A stretch of 58,889 nt of DNA, filler included. It is 7 parts of 7 records of this genome, joined end to end, with 100 filler letters (N's around TTAATTAATTAA, not from the genome) between each part and the next. Parts side by side here need not be neighbours in the genome. Positions count along the whole stretch, not along the records: positions 30,723 to 35,737 come from SRR31147125_51138; positions 35,838 to 41,871 come from SRR31147125_51141; 5 more parts are not named here. One strand, 5' to 3'. The translations under genes were made by a program, and so were the position numbers. This document shows, piece after piece, positions 34,020 through 41,971 of the stretch (the first letter of the stretch is position 1; every line of letters starts with the position of its first letter). The notes under the pieces were generated by a model. It saw only the letters and a program-made list of their open reading frames with translations. It was not told the DNA's origin and made no database searches.

Positions 34020-35405
34020 TTAAACATCACTGGGGAACATTTTCCCCGGGTTGAGTATGTTTTTCGGGTCCAGGGCTTTCTTAATCGTCTTCATATAGTC
34101 GACAGCCGTATTCGCCAGCTCAAGCGGAATATAGGGAGCCTTCATAATCCCGACGCCATGCTCACCACTCATGGTCCCGCCCAGATCAAGAGCTTCCTTA
34201 AAAACCGCCTCAATCGCTTTTTCGGCCTTTTCAGACTCACCCTCGACCTTGCTGTCGATCATGATATTGACATGAATATTACCGTCGCCCGCATGCCCGA
34301 AGTTAACGATCGGAACATCGTAAGTGTCGGCGATTGTGTCGATCCGGCGAATCATTTCCGGAACCTTGGACCGGGGAACACAAATATCCTCATTGAACTT
34401 GTCAGGATTCACCCGGCGCAGTGATGCGGACACGCTGCGACGGATCTGCCACAGGGCCTCACTCTCTTCCGGTGTTTCCGCGATGCGGGTTTCGACAACG
34501 CCCAGAGGCTGTACGATATCCGAAATCTTCCGGGCCTGTTTATCGAGAAACTCCTTGTCCCCATCAACTTCAATGATCAGAACCGCCCGCGCGCTATCGG
34601 GAACCTCCAGACTGGTCGCCTCGCGCACACAATCGAGCGTCCGGCCATCCATAAATTCCAGGGTGGTCGGAATGATTTTGTTCTTGATAATGGCCGAGAC
34701 CGACTGCGCGGCACCATCAATGGAATCGAACAGAACCAGCATGGTCTTTTTGGCTTCCGGTTTCGGTAACAGCTTGACGATGATCTTGGTGATGATCGCC
34801 AGAGTACCTTCCGAGCCGCAAATCAGCTTGGTCAGATCGTAGCCGACAACACCCTTCATCGTCGGGCCACCGGTCTTGATCACATCCCCGGTCGGGGTAA
34901 CGATCTCCAGACCGATGATGTAGTCCTTGGTGACACCATACTTCACGCAACGTGGGCCACCGGCACATTCGGCCACATTACCGCCGAGGGTCGAAAACTT
35001 CAGGGATGCCGGATCGGGTGGATAGAACAGGCCGACCTTCTCGACCGCCTTCTGAAAATCTTCCGTAACGATCCCCGGTTCAACCGTCGCAACGAGATTT
35101 TCTTCATCGATTTCGAGGATGCGATCGAGCCGGGTCGTGACCATGACGATCCCTCCGTCCACCGGCAGGCTGCCACCGGTAAAACCACTGCCGGCACCGC
35201 GTGGAAAAACGGGGATTCCCGTCTCATTGGCCAGCGTCATGACCTGGCTGATCTCCTCCGGGCTGCCCGGATGGACCACAACATCGGGAAGAAACTGTTT
35301 CTGAGTCGCATCGTAGGAATAGCAGATCAAGTCCGCCTTTTCCGTAGACGTATGATCCGCTCCGACGATCTCTGCTAAACGTTGAAGATGCTGCTCTGCA
35401 ATCAT
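34020..35405 (-). CDS. glcD: GlcD-like FAD-linked 2-hydroxyacid oxidase
   Basis: PRGAGSGFTGG, YPPDPAS, GGNVAECAGG, KYGVT, GSEGTL, GHAGDGNIH, SGEHGVG, LNPGK. Confidence 0.92.
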   Translation of the reverse strand: MIAEQHLQRLAEIVGADHTSTEKADLICYSYDATQKQFLPDVVVHPGSPEEISQVMTLANETGIPVFPRGAGSGFTGGSLPVDGGIVMVTTRLDRILEIDEENLVATVEPGIVTEDFQKAVEKVGLFYPPDPASLKFSTLGGNVAECAGGPRCVKYGVTKDYIIGLEIVTPTGDVIKTGGPTMKGVVGYDLTKLICGSEGTLAIITKIIVKLLPKPEAKKTMLVLFDSIDGAAQSVSAIIKNKIIPTTLEFMDGRTLDCVREATSLEVPDSARAVLIIEVDGDKEFLDKQARKISDIVQPLGVVETRIAETPEESEALWQIRRSVSASLRRVNPDKFNEDICVPRSKVPEMIRRIDTIADTYDVPIVNFGHAGDGNIHVNIMIDSKVEGESEKAEKAIEAVFKEALDLGGTMSGEHGVGIMKAPYIPLELANTAVDYMKTIKKALDPKNILNPGKMFPSDV

Positions 35406-35737
35406 GGTTCACTCTTTCAATCGAATTTGAGTTTTATCAGCGCCTGAAAACAACGATTCTATTGGAACACCGAACAACGGATGAGGTCAACAGAAACACC
35501 CGAAATATGGTTATAAATTCGATAAGTGGTTGCTGCGCCACATTGGCCGTTCAGAGGACAAGATACGACCAAGGCCACAAATCAGAAGACTTGTGGCCCA
35601 TGGTTGACAGTATTTAAGAAAACAATCAATCCGACTAGAAGGGGATCTCATCGTCCGGGTTGAACGCCGGCTCCTCAAAACCACCAGACTGCTGATTATT
35701 CTGCTGACCAGCCTGTCCACCCTGAGGGTTGGACTGA

Positions 35738-35837
35738 NNNNNNNNNNNNNNNNNNNNNNNNNNNNNNNNNNNNNNNNNNNNTTAATTAATTAANNNNNNN
35801 NNNNNNNNNNNNNNNNNNNNNNNNNNNNNNNNNNNNN
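35738..35837. other. artificial contig spacer
   Basis: N44-TTAATTAATTAA-N44. Confidence 0.98.
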
Positions 35838-36882
35838 AAAAGACAGTACGTTGTTTTGTATTAAGTTTATTATAAAATTCATATAGTCCTTCAGGGGTTC
35901 CTGCATATGGCATTGCAGTATTACCAACCGCTTGAATAATATGACCTCCTCTTGTTGTTATATCCTGAATAGTTTGTATCCCTCCTACATATATATCCGG
36001 GGATAACGTGGCTAAAACACCATATACTTTCTTTCCAATATCCAAGTCTTTTGATATATTTTTACATTCTACCGACAATTCAAGCGTTTGCTTATCAAGA
36101 TCATTAATAAGTTTTGGACTGCTAATATCAATATTCTTATCCAATTTGGATTGGATACCGTCTCTCTTTATAAATGCAATAAGATACAATGCTTGCCCCT
36201 CAAAAAATGCTAATAATCCTGGATTGATTTTCACAAAAAAAGTTTTATTTTCCCAGTCATATCCATAACTTTTGATAGGTTGTGGCTTTGCAAACTCAAC
36301 ATTTTCTATATCAAGCAGTAATATGGTTACGAGTTTTTTTTCTTCATTGACATCTTCTTTTTTTGTTTTAATTGATGCCATATGAACTACAACTGGAAGA
36401 TAACTTTTATTACGCAGTGTAGTATTGGTATGTTTATGGTTAAAAGTTATAGGAACACGCGCTATTGCTTTTTTTGATAGAGCAATTTCTCTAAGCATTC
36501 GGTCATGATCCGTTTTAAACTTTTCATAATTTTTGGGGTGCATCATATCTTTAAAAAGCTTATATAACTCTTCGGCTGATTTTTTATTTAGCCGTTTGCT
36601 ACTCTGGCACAGTCCACATATCGCATTAATAGTTGGACTACACTTTATAATTATATTCTCTTTAAGCGTGTCATTTTTAGTAGTTACCTCGTAAATTAAA
36701 ACCGGATGATCCGAATTATATTGCCAGAATTTCTCAACTACATCTTCGGGTTTGATTAAATACTCTTTTAAATTGAACCTTGAAACTCCTGGTAAATCAA
36801 CTTTTATTCCCCATGCTGTTATAGTTCCTCCAGCAATCAATAAAACTAAGCAAGTCGCGACAATGCCAATAAGTTTTGCCAT
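35838..36882 (-). CDS. AT-rich hypothetical membrane-anchored protein (3'-truncated)
   Basis: ORF of at least 348 aa, RBS GAGGTG, N-terminal hydrophobic helix, no recognised motif. Confidence 0.75.
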
Positions 36883-37223
36883 TTTATCACCTCATATTTT
36901 TGGTAGCGCCTGCGTTTTTCTTTTGAATGATTTCTATTGAAAGCAGAATCAAATAATTATCCAGATTTATCTTGAAAGTAGAATGATATCCAAAGTTAGC
37001 GTTATTGGAGAATACCAATATAATATAGGGCGTTGCAAGGGGGATTTTTATACCTTGAACTCATTCCACCACCTGGAGAACCTCCTGGGGAAAACCACTT
37101 TACCCAGTCAGTGGGAGGCGGGGATCAGAATCTTGACAACCTTTCGGGCCGTGACCGAGCAGTCAGTCAAATATCCGCTGTGTCAAAATTGAGGGGATTT
37201 TTGCGATGATGCCGGTCAGCCGC

Positions 37224-37276
37224 CAGGTGGGACCGGATCCCCCTGGGGACCGGATCAGGTGAAATCGGATCCCCCT
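37224..37276 (+). repeat. 21-bp imperfect direct repeat
   Basis: CAGGTG-GGAC-CGGATCCCCCT (37224-37244) and CAGGTG-AAAT-CGGATCCCCCT (37256-37276), with an extra GGGACCGGATC between. Confidence 0.7.
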
Positions 37277-37701
37277 ATAGGCGCCTTAGAAAAGCGCTCA
37301 TAAGGGATAACAGCTATTGCTGTCAGTTCCACCAATAATTCCGGGTCAACAAGACCTGCCACTTTTACGCCAGTTACCGCGGGCCCTGTGGATTTTTTAA
37401 ACCTCCTGATCCTTTCATTTTGGATATCTTGGAGATCTTCATCCCTGACGTAATACATTGTCATAGAGACAACGTCACCAAGCTGGCCACCAAGTTCTGC
37501 AAGTATTTTTATGATGTTATCTATAGCGCACTTCGTTTGCTGACCTGCATCATTTCGTCCAATAACATTTCCATTACGATCCCAAGCCACTTGCCCTGTA
37601 AGATGCACACTTTTCCCCTCTGGTTCGACAACCGCCTGGTTGAATGGGAATTGATTATCGGCCCATACCTTATCTGGATTGATTCGAATTGTATTCACCA
37701 T
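37255..37701 (-). CDS. RidA/YjgF/UK114 family protein
   Basis: FNQAV, VHLTGQVAWD, QTKCAIDNI, PAVTGVKVAGLVDPELLVELTAIA. Confidence 0.88.
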   Translation of the reverse strand: MVNTIRINPDKVWADNQFPFNQAVVEPEGKSVHLTGQVAWDRNGNVIGRNDAGQQTKCAIDNIIKILAELGGQLGDVVSMTMYYVRDEDLQDIQNERIRRFKKSTGPAVTGVKVAGLVDPELLVELTAIAVIPYERFSKAPIGGSDFT

Positions 37702-37917
37702 TCACTCTCCATCTGGATTAAGCGTTCTAATCATACCCCTCCCCTGGTTCAATCAGCCGGGCCCTGCAGGAAATGTTCCAATTGTTACCCCATTTCTTCG
37801 GCCCCGTATGTGCTGACCAATGCGGTTCTCCCGAGCCGCATTGGTCAAATACCAGGAAGGACCCGTCAACAACCTGACCAATAAATATCATGCCCCCGTC
37901 CACCTGGCGCCAGTCAT

Positions 37918-38235
37918 CTATGATTGACCCAGCCGCCCAACGATCCCCACAAGATCCGTTCCGAATACCCCGTCAATGATCGCAATCAGGATCCCGCCGC
38001 TGATGATCAGGGCGGGCACACCAAGGATCATGGCCCAGACAAAGGCCATACCCAGGCTGGTAATAAGTTCAAAGGTTAAACCGACCTCACTGCAGAATTG
38101 ACCTATCTCCCCTGGCTTCACGGTACCGGTTACAAACCGCCCCCATACCTTACCTATCAAGGCCAGGCCGGAAATGAACATGATTAAACCCATGAGCATG
38201 AAGGGGGATAATAAAGCAATGGTGGCGGTGTCCAT
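37918..38235 (-). CDS. small hypothetical membrane protein
   Basis: 105 aa, strong RBS AAAAGGAGG, two long hydrophobic segments. Confidence 0.65.
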   Translation of the reverse strand: MDTATIALLSPFMLMGLIMFISGLALIGKVWGRFVTGTVKPGEIGQFCSEVGLTFELITSLGMAFVWAMILGVPALIISGGILIAIIDGVFGTDLVGIVGRLGQS

Positions 38236-38580
38236 GAATCCTCCTTTTGATCCCTTGCCCGGGATCCGGACAGGGCGGTGAATGTGTCAAGGTGGCCAGG
38301 TCTTCCAGAATGGATAGAGTATTCTTAACCCTGTGTATCTGATCCTGGCTTTTATTTCAACCTGGATCGGTACGGGACCGGTGCCCTCCTGCCTGGTCCA
38401 GGACCACCCGCTCGACCTGTCTTGCCACGACTTCCTTCGCGCCCTTCTCCAGCTCACCCACCAAGGGGATCCGGCTTGGCCCCTGGACACCCCCGCCCTT
38501 ATCGCTGACACTGCCGGCTGAATCCAATTCCCTACCTGGCCGCCGAACGGGCCGGGCTCATTGAATGTCAGGAAAAATCA

Positions 38581-39072
38581 ATGGCAATACCAGAAGCATG
38601 CGGCCTTTGGATTGAGCAGAGGCTTAAAGAAGAAATCGAGGAAACCGGGGACACCATGAAAAGTGTCCGCTCCATTGCTCGGGATGTAACGGACGAAGTG
38701 AACCGGGTTTTTGAAACCAATATCAATGTTGAGACAATCAAATCACGGGCTTTGAGAATAAAGAACCAGGGTGGTTCAAATGAACCAGAGGTCCCAACCG
38801 CCCAGAATGATGAGAAAAATAGCGGGGTACAGGGGGGTACGAAAATCACCCCTAAGGAAGCTGCGCCTATGGTCGAGGAAAAGGTGGCCGAGGGTAAATC
38901 CAAAAGGCAGGCCAGAAAAGAGGTGGCTGCAAAAACCGGCCTGAAAGAAAACTCTGTAAAGGTCGCCCACCAGCGCGCAGAAAAAGAAGAAAAAACCGGA
39001 ACCGTACTTCAACCCGGTTTCTATCATGAAGCCGGGCAGAGGCAAAGCACCGGGCGGATATCTCCCGGTTAG
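38581..39072 (+). CDS. phage-like hypothetical protein, possibly DNA-binding
   Basis: 163 aa, RBS AGGA; two HTH-like segments (KSVRSIARDV..., GKSKRQARKEVAAKTG). Confidence 0.65.
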   Translation: MAIPEACGLWIEQRLKEEIEETGDTMKSVRSIARDVTDEVNRVFETNINVETIKSRALRIKNQGGSNEPEVPTAQNDEKNSGVQGGTKITPKEAAPMVEEKVAEGKSKRQARKEVAAKTGLKENSVKVAHQRAEKEEKTGTVLQPGFYHEAGQRQSTGRISPG

Positions 39073-39128
39073 CACCCCCGGACAGTTCCTCCTTGACAAT
39101 GCCATCCTACCCGTGTCAAATAATCACC

Positions 39129-39176
39129 GTCACGGCAAATTCCGTGACCCGGTTTGACATCCGGAACATCAACAGG
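39129..39176 (+). promoter_or_regulatory. c4 a1/b1 target element
   Basis: Hairpin GTCACGG-CAAATT-CCGTGAC, then CCGG-TTTGACAT-CCGG (a1 TTGACATC, 39154-39161) and b1 TCAACAGG (39169-39176); both complementary to the C4 RNA loops. Confidence 0.85.
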
Positions 39177-39222
39177 CGCATGAACGTCAAGCTATAGTTG
39201 TACTCTCTTTCTGATTTCAACT

Positions 39223-39297
39223 TGGCGGGTCATGTGCGGGGGTTCGTCCCCACCGGTCTCCTGTTGAGCCGGGATGTCAACCGCATGTGACCCGCCA
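39223..39297 (+). ncRNA. c4: C4-type antisense RNA (P1 C4 / P4 CI class)
   Basis: 17-bp closing stem TGGCGGGTCATGTGCGG / CCGCATGTGACCCGCCA; UUCG hairpin; CCGGT/GCCGG hairpin exposing b' CCTGTTGA (39260-39267); unpaired a' GATGTCAA (39273-39280); ends in CCA. Confidence 0.88.
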
Positions 39298-39304
39298 TTT
39301 TTGT

Positions 39305-39348
39305 TTGACATCAAAGACGGCGGTGTTCTTATAACCATCTTCAACAGG
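39305..39348 (+). promoter_or_regulatory. c4 a2/b2 target sites overlapping the downstream RBS
   Basis: a2 TTGACATC 39305-39312; b2 TCAACAGG 39341-39348 overlaps AGGA upstream of ATG 39362. Confidence 0.85.
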
Positions 39349-39361
39349 AACACTTGAACGA

Positions 39362-39481
39362 ATGCAGAACTCTACCTCAGACCAGTACGTTACCAGCACC
39401 CGCCCCGTTCACCCCAACGGCTCATTGACCACCACCACCCCCATGCAGGCCCGGACCTGGAAAGGGGGCCCCGAATGTTAA
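39362..39481 (+). CDS. 39-aa ORF in the icd/kil position (below the ORF-track cutoff)
   Basis: MQNSTSDQYVTSTRPVHPNGSLTTTTPMQARTWKGGPEC; its stop overlaps the next start (ATGTTAA) and it carries the purine-rich RBS of the next gene. Confidence 0.55.
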   Translation: MQNSTSDQYVTSTRPVHPNGSLTTTTPMQARTWKGGPEC

Positions 39482-39843
39482 TCAAAAAAGAACAGATCCT
39501 GTCCGATTCAGATCCGCTTTTCTTGACCTGCCATCCCCTGGGGAAAATTCAATTCATCACGAATGTATTTCTTGAGAATCCCGACCCCGGCCAGAGCAAC
39601 ACTATGGCCGCCATGGAGATCTTGGAGGATGCCAAGGCTGAGATCGAATTCATTATTGACGCCTGTAATGAACGATGGGCAAAGGATCATGCAGAGCTTG
39701 AACGGCTCCGGAAAGAAAACGCCGGATTGAAAGAGCAGCTGAGTCAGCACAACCGGCTTGACACTGAGGTGGCCCCGTCTATTGAATCCCCCAGGCGGCC
39801 TGCGCCATGCAGGAAGGTTTGCCCCTGCCCGGTTCATGCCTGA
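39475..39843 (+). CDS. hypothetical coiled-coil protein downstream of the C4 cassette
   Basis: 122 aa, RBS GGAAAGGGGG, ELERLRKENAGLKEQL heptads, followed by a terminator. Confidence 0.7.
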   Translation: MLIKKEQILSDSDPLFLTCHPLGKIQFITNVFLENPDPGQSNTMAAMEILEDAKAEIEFIIDACNERWAKDHAELERLRKENAGLKEQLSQHNRLDTEVAPSIESPRRPAPCRKVCPCPVHA

Positions 39844-39869
39844 CACGGCTGTAGCCTGATATGAATTTC

Positions 39870-39905
39870 AAAGCCTTAGGCGTTTGCCTGGGGCTTTTTG
39901 TTTTT
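39870..39905 (+). terminator. intrinsic terminator
   Basis: AAAGCCTTAGGC-GTTT-GCCTGGGGCTTT followed by TTGTTTTT. Confidence 0.8.
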
Positions 39906-40315
39906 GGGGAGTATGCCAGACCTTGAAAATATAAAAGATAGCCTTACCTTACTATATAAGACACCCCACTTTTGTCAGACTGGAGCGCTAATAATAATTG
40001 AGAAGTTTTTTTTGTTATTTTTTGTGATTCGAAATTTGGAACAAAAAAGAGAAAGAGGCGCTTACTGTCGGAGGTAAATTCTCAGTTGTTATTAAAAACG
40101 GGTGGGATCAGCTATCACGGTTGGTCCCACCCTATAATATAGGCAGAAAGAATCTATATTAATATCTTGTCTTTTCAGAGATGCGGAAAGAGGCCATTTG
40201 GTAATGTATATTCCTTCTTCTTCAACAGAAAGGGACCACTTTCATATATTGTGGTGGGGCTTCTGCTCAAAATCTAAGGCATATTAACCAGGATTGGTTT
40301 CATGAAATAAGCGGA

Positions 40316-40729
40316 TTAAATAAGTAGTTGCCGATATGTTTTCCTTTTTCTGTTTCGTTTTTTTGCTTCCTTTTCTTCGTGTATAGCAAGGTGGCATTCT
40401 CTACAAAGAACGGTTAGGTGTAAAAATTCTTCGTTGCCAAGTGTATTATATGAATTGTGGTGTACATCAAGCTTTTCACGTTTGCCGCATCTTTCACACT
40501 TGTAATCTGACTCTTTTAGTTTTTCGATTCTCTTAGTTTTCCAGGCGTCTGATGATAAATATTTGTCATAGTCAATCCATCCATCTTTTCTGAGAAAGGT
40601 GGGGTCCACTCCTTTGGCTTTATTAATCTCTGCTTTCTTCTGGTATTTTTTTTCATTCACTTTGGCTCTGGCTGTTGCTCTGGCTTTAAGTAGGTTTAAA
40701 TCTTTTTTCGATAATGTCTTTTTAGGCAT
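40316..40729 (-). CDS. HNH endonuclease
   Basis: YLSSDAWKTKR, CERCG, LDVHH..Y, LTVLCRECHLAIH. Confidence 0.88.
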   Translation of the reverse strand: MPKKTLSKKDLNLLKARATARAKVNEKKYQKKAEINKAKGVDPTFLRKDGWIDYDKYLSSDAWKTKRIEKLKESDYKCERCGKREKLDVHHNSYNTLGNEEFLHLTVLCRECHLAIHEEKEAKKRNRKRKTYRQLLI

Positions 40730-40788
40730 GGTTTCCGAAACCTCATATGGAGTTTGACTGCTGTCTGAAAATCAAGAATATTGCGGTT

Positions 40789-41143
40789 TTAACCAACGGG
40801 GGAAATATCAATCTCCAATTGATTAAGTGAGTAAAATTTATTTAGTTCCAAGGATCATTTTTTGCTCTAAATACTTTATAAATCAAGCTATGAATGCGCC
40901 CGTATAATCTTTGGAAAAAGCAATTAAAAATAAGAAAGGAAGAAATAAACAAGGAAAACAAACCAAGCCATGGATTTAGTATATCAGGGATTTTTTTTGA
41001 TTAAGAACAAAATCAATATATTCTTGAGGAGCAAAGAATAGAAATAAACATGGAACCAACATAGAAAGAAGTACCCATGGATGATATATCGAAGCCATTA
41101 TGTGGTTCATTAGTTCTTTTAATGGGTTAACGAATTTTATCAT
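40789..41143 (-). pseudogene. SieB-like superinfection-exclusion membrane protein, frameshifted and apparently truncated
   Basis: Adding one A at 40991-40998 gives MIKFVN..LLSMLVPCLFLFFAPQEYIDFVLNQKKIPDILNPWLGLFSLFISSFLIF..FYSLNQLEIDISPVG; two-TM pattern resembling SieB. Confidence 0.5.
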
Positions 41144-41765
41144 ATTTCTTTTGCCTTCTTTGAGCCATGAACCGCATAGCTACAATTTTACCTCCTTATC
41201 TAAATAAATGGAATATTTAGCCATTAAGAAGGCTTCAGATACTAATGAAAATCAACTTTGTTGGAGAATACCTCTACAATCCAAATATTGGCAAGAGATA
41301 ATTTTAATACCTTGAAATCTTGCCCCACTGGCAAGGACGGGGGAGACCAGCAAATAAAAAGATTAATAACGGATTGCCCAGACCCTGGCCCTGGTTATAC
41401 CTTGTCCCTCTGCCCGGCCATGAAGCCACCCGGAAGGATCCAGAGCAAGGGGTCGGGGTGAGCCAGGGGTATATCCTCTCTGACACTGCCCTCCCTGGTC
41501 TGTCACCATAGCATTGTCCACCTTACAGGGGTATGATGATCTGGCCCAGGTGGTGGCCATGCCGGCCGGCTGCCGTGTCAGAAAAATATGGGCATTGGCT
41601 GTAGGGCCTCACCCTTTTTCTGTATTATTGTTGTGGAATGCCCAGGTAGAGATAAGCCAGATGCACCCGATTATAATCCAGCAAGCCTGGCAAGGAATAA
41701 AAGAAATAACAGCATGGTTATCGTTTGGGTTATGGAAGTCTCCAGGTGACATAGATGGACCAGGT

Positions 41766-41838
41766 GGTACACTATAGGTACACCCGTCTTTTCCAAAAAC
41801 AAAACAGCCTGTCAGGATTTCTCCTAACCGGCTGTTTT
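41766..41838. promoter_or_regulatory. att-associated direct repeats and hairpin
   Basis: GGTACAC at 41766 and 41777 (11-bp period); 17-bp inverted repeat AAAACAGCCTGTCAGGA / TCCTAACCGGCTGTTTT (41801-41838) just downstream of the tRNA CCA. Confidence 0.6.
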
Positions 41839-41844
41839 TATTAA

Positions 41845-41871
41845 TGGTACCGAAGAGAGGACTTGAACCTC
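41845..41871 (-). tRNA. tRNA 3' fragment (T-arm, acceptor strand, CCA), probably tRNA-Leu; cut by contig edge
   Basis: Minus strand GAGGTTCAAGTCCTCTCTTCGGTACCA; the TCGGTACCA end is typical of Leu tRNAs; anticodon not visible. Confidence 0.8.
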
Positions 41872-41971
41872 NNNNNNNNNNNNNNNNNNNNNNNNNNNNN
41901 NNNNNNNNNNNNNNNTTAATTAATTAANNNNNNNNNNNNNNNNNNNNNNNNNNNNNNNNNNNNNNNNNNNN
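41872..41971. other. artificial contig spacer
   Basis: N44-TTAATTAATTAA-N44. Confidence 0.98.

Larger units (their letters stand above)
35838..41871. mobile_element. prophage/phage-satellite-like island (partial) adjacent to a tRNA-Leu 3' end
   Basis: tRNA 3' end with att-like hairpin and direct repeats, C4 cassette, HNH gene, SieB-like remnant, mosaic base composition, low coding density; no integrase within the contig. Confidence 0.7.

Noticed and set aside
36983-37192. 69-aa ORF as a real gene
   Set aside because: No RBS or family motif, and it spans a sharp composition change. HHLENL might be an HNH remnant but is too short to support.
39223-39297. The CCA-ending structured RNA as a tRNA
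   Set aside because: No D-loop or TTC T-loop consensus, and a 17-bp closing stem; its loops match flanking targets as in C4 RNA.
41258-41777. Short ORFs next to the att site as an integrase remnant
   Set aside because: No R-H-R-H-Y tyrosine-recombinase or serine-recombinase motifs in the listed frames.
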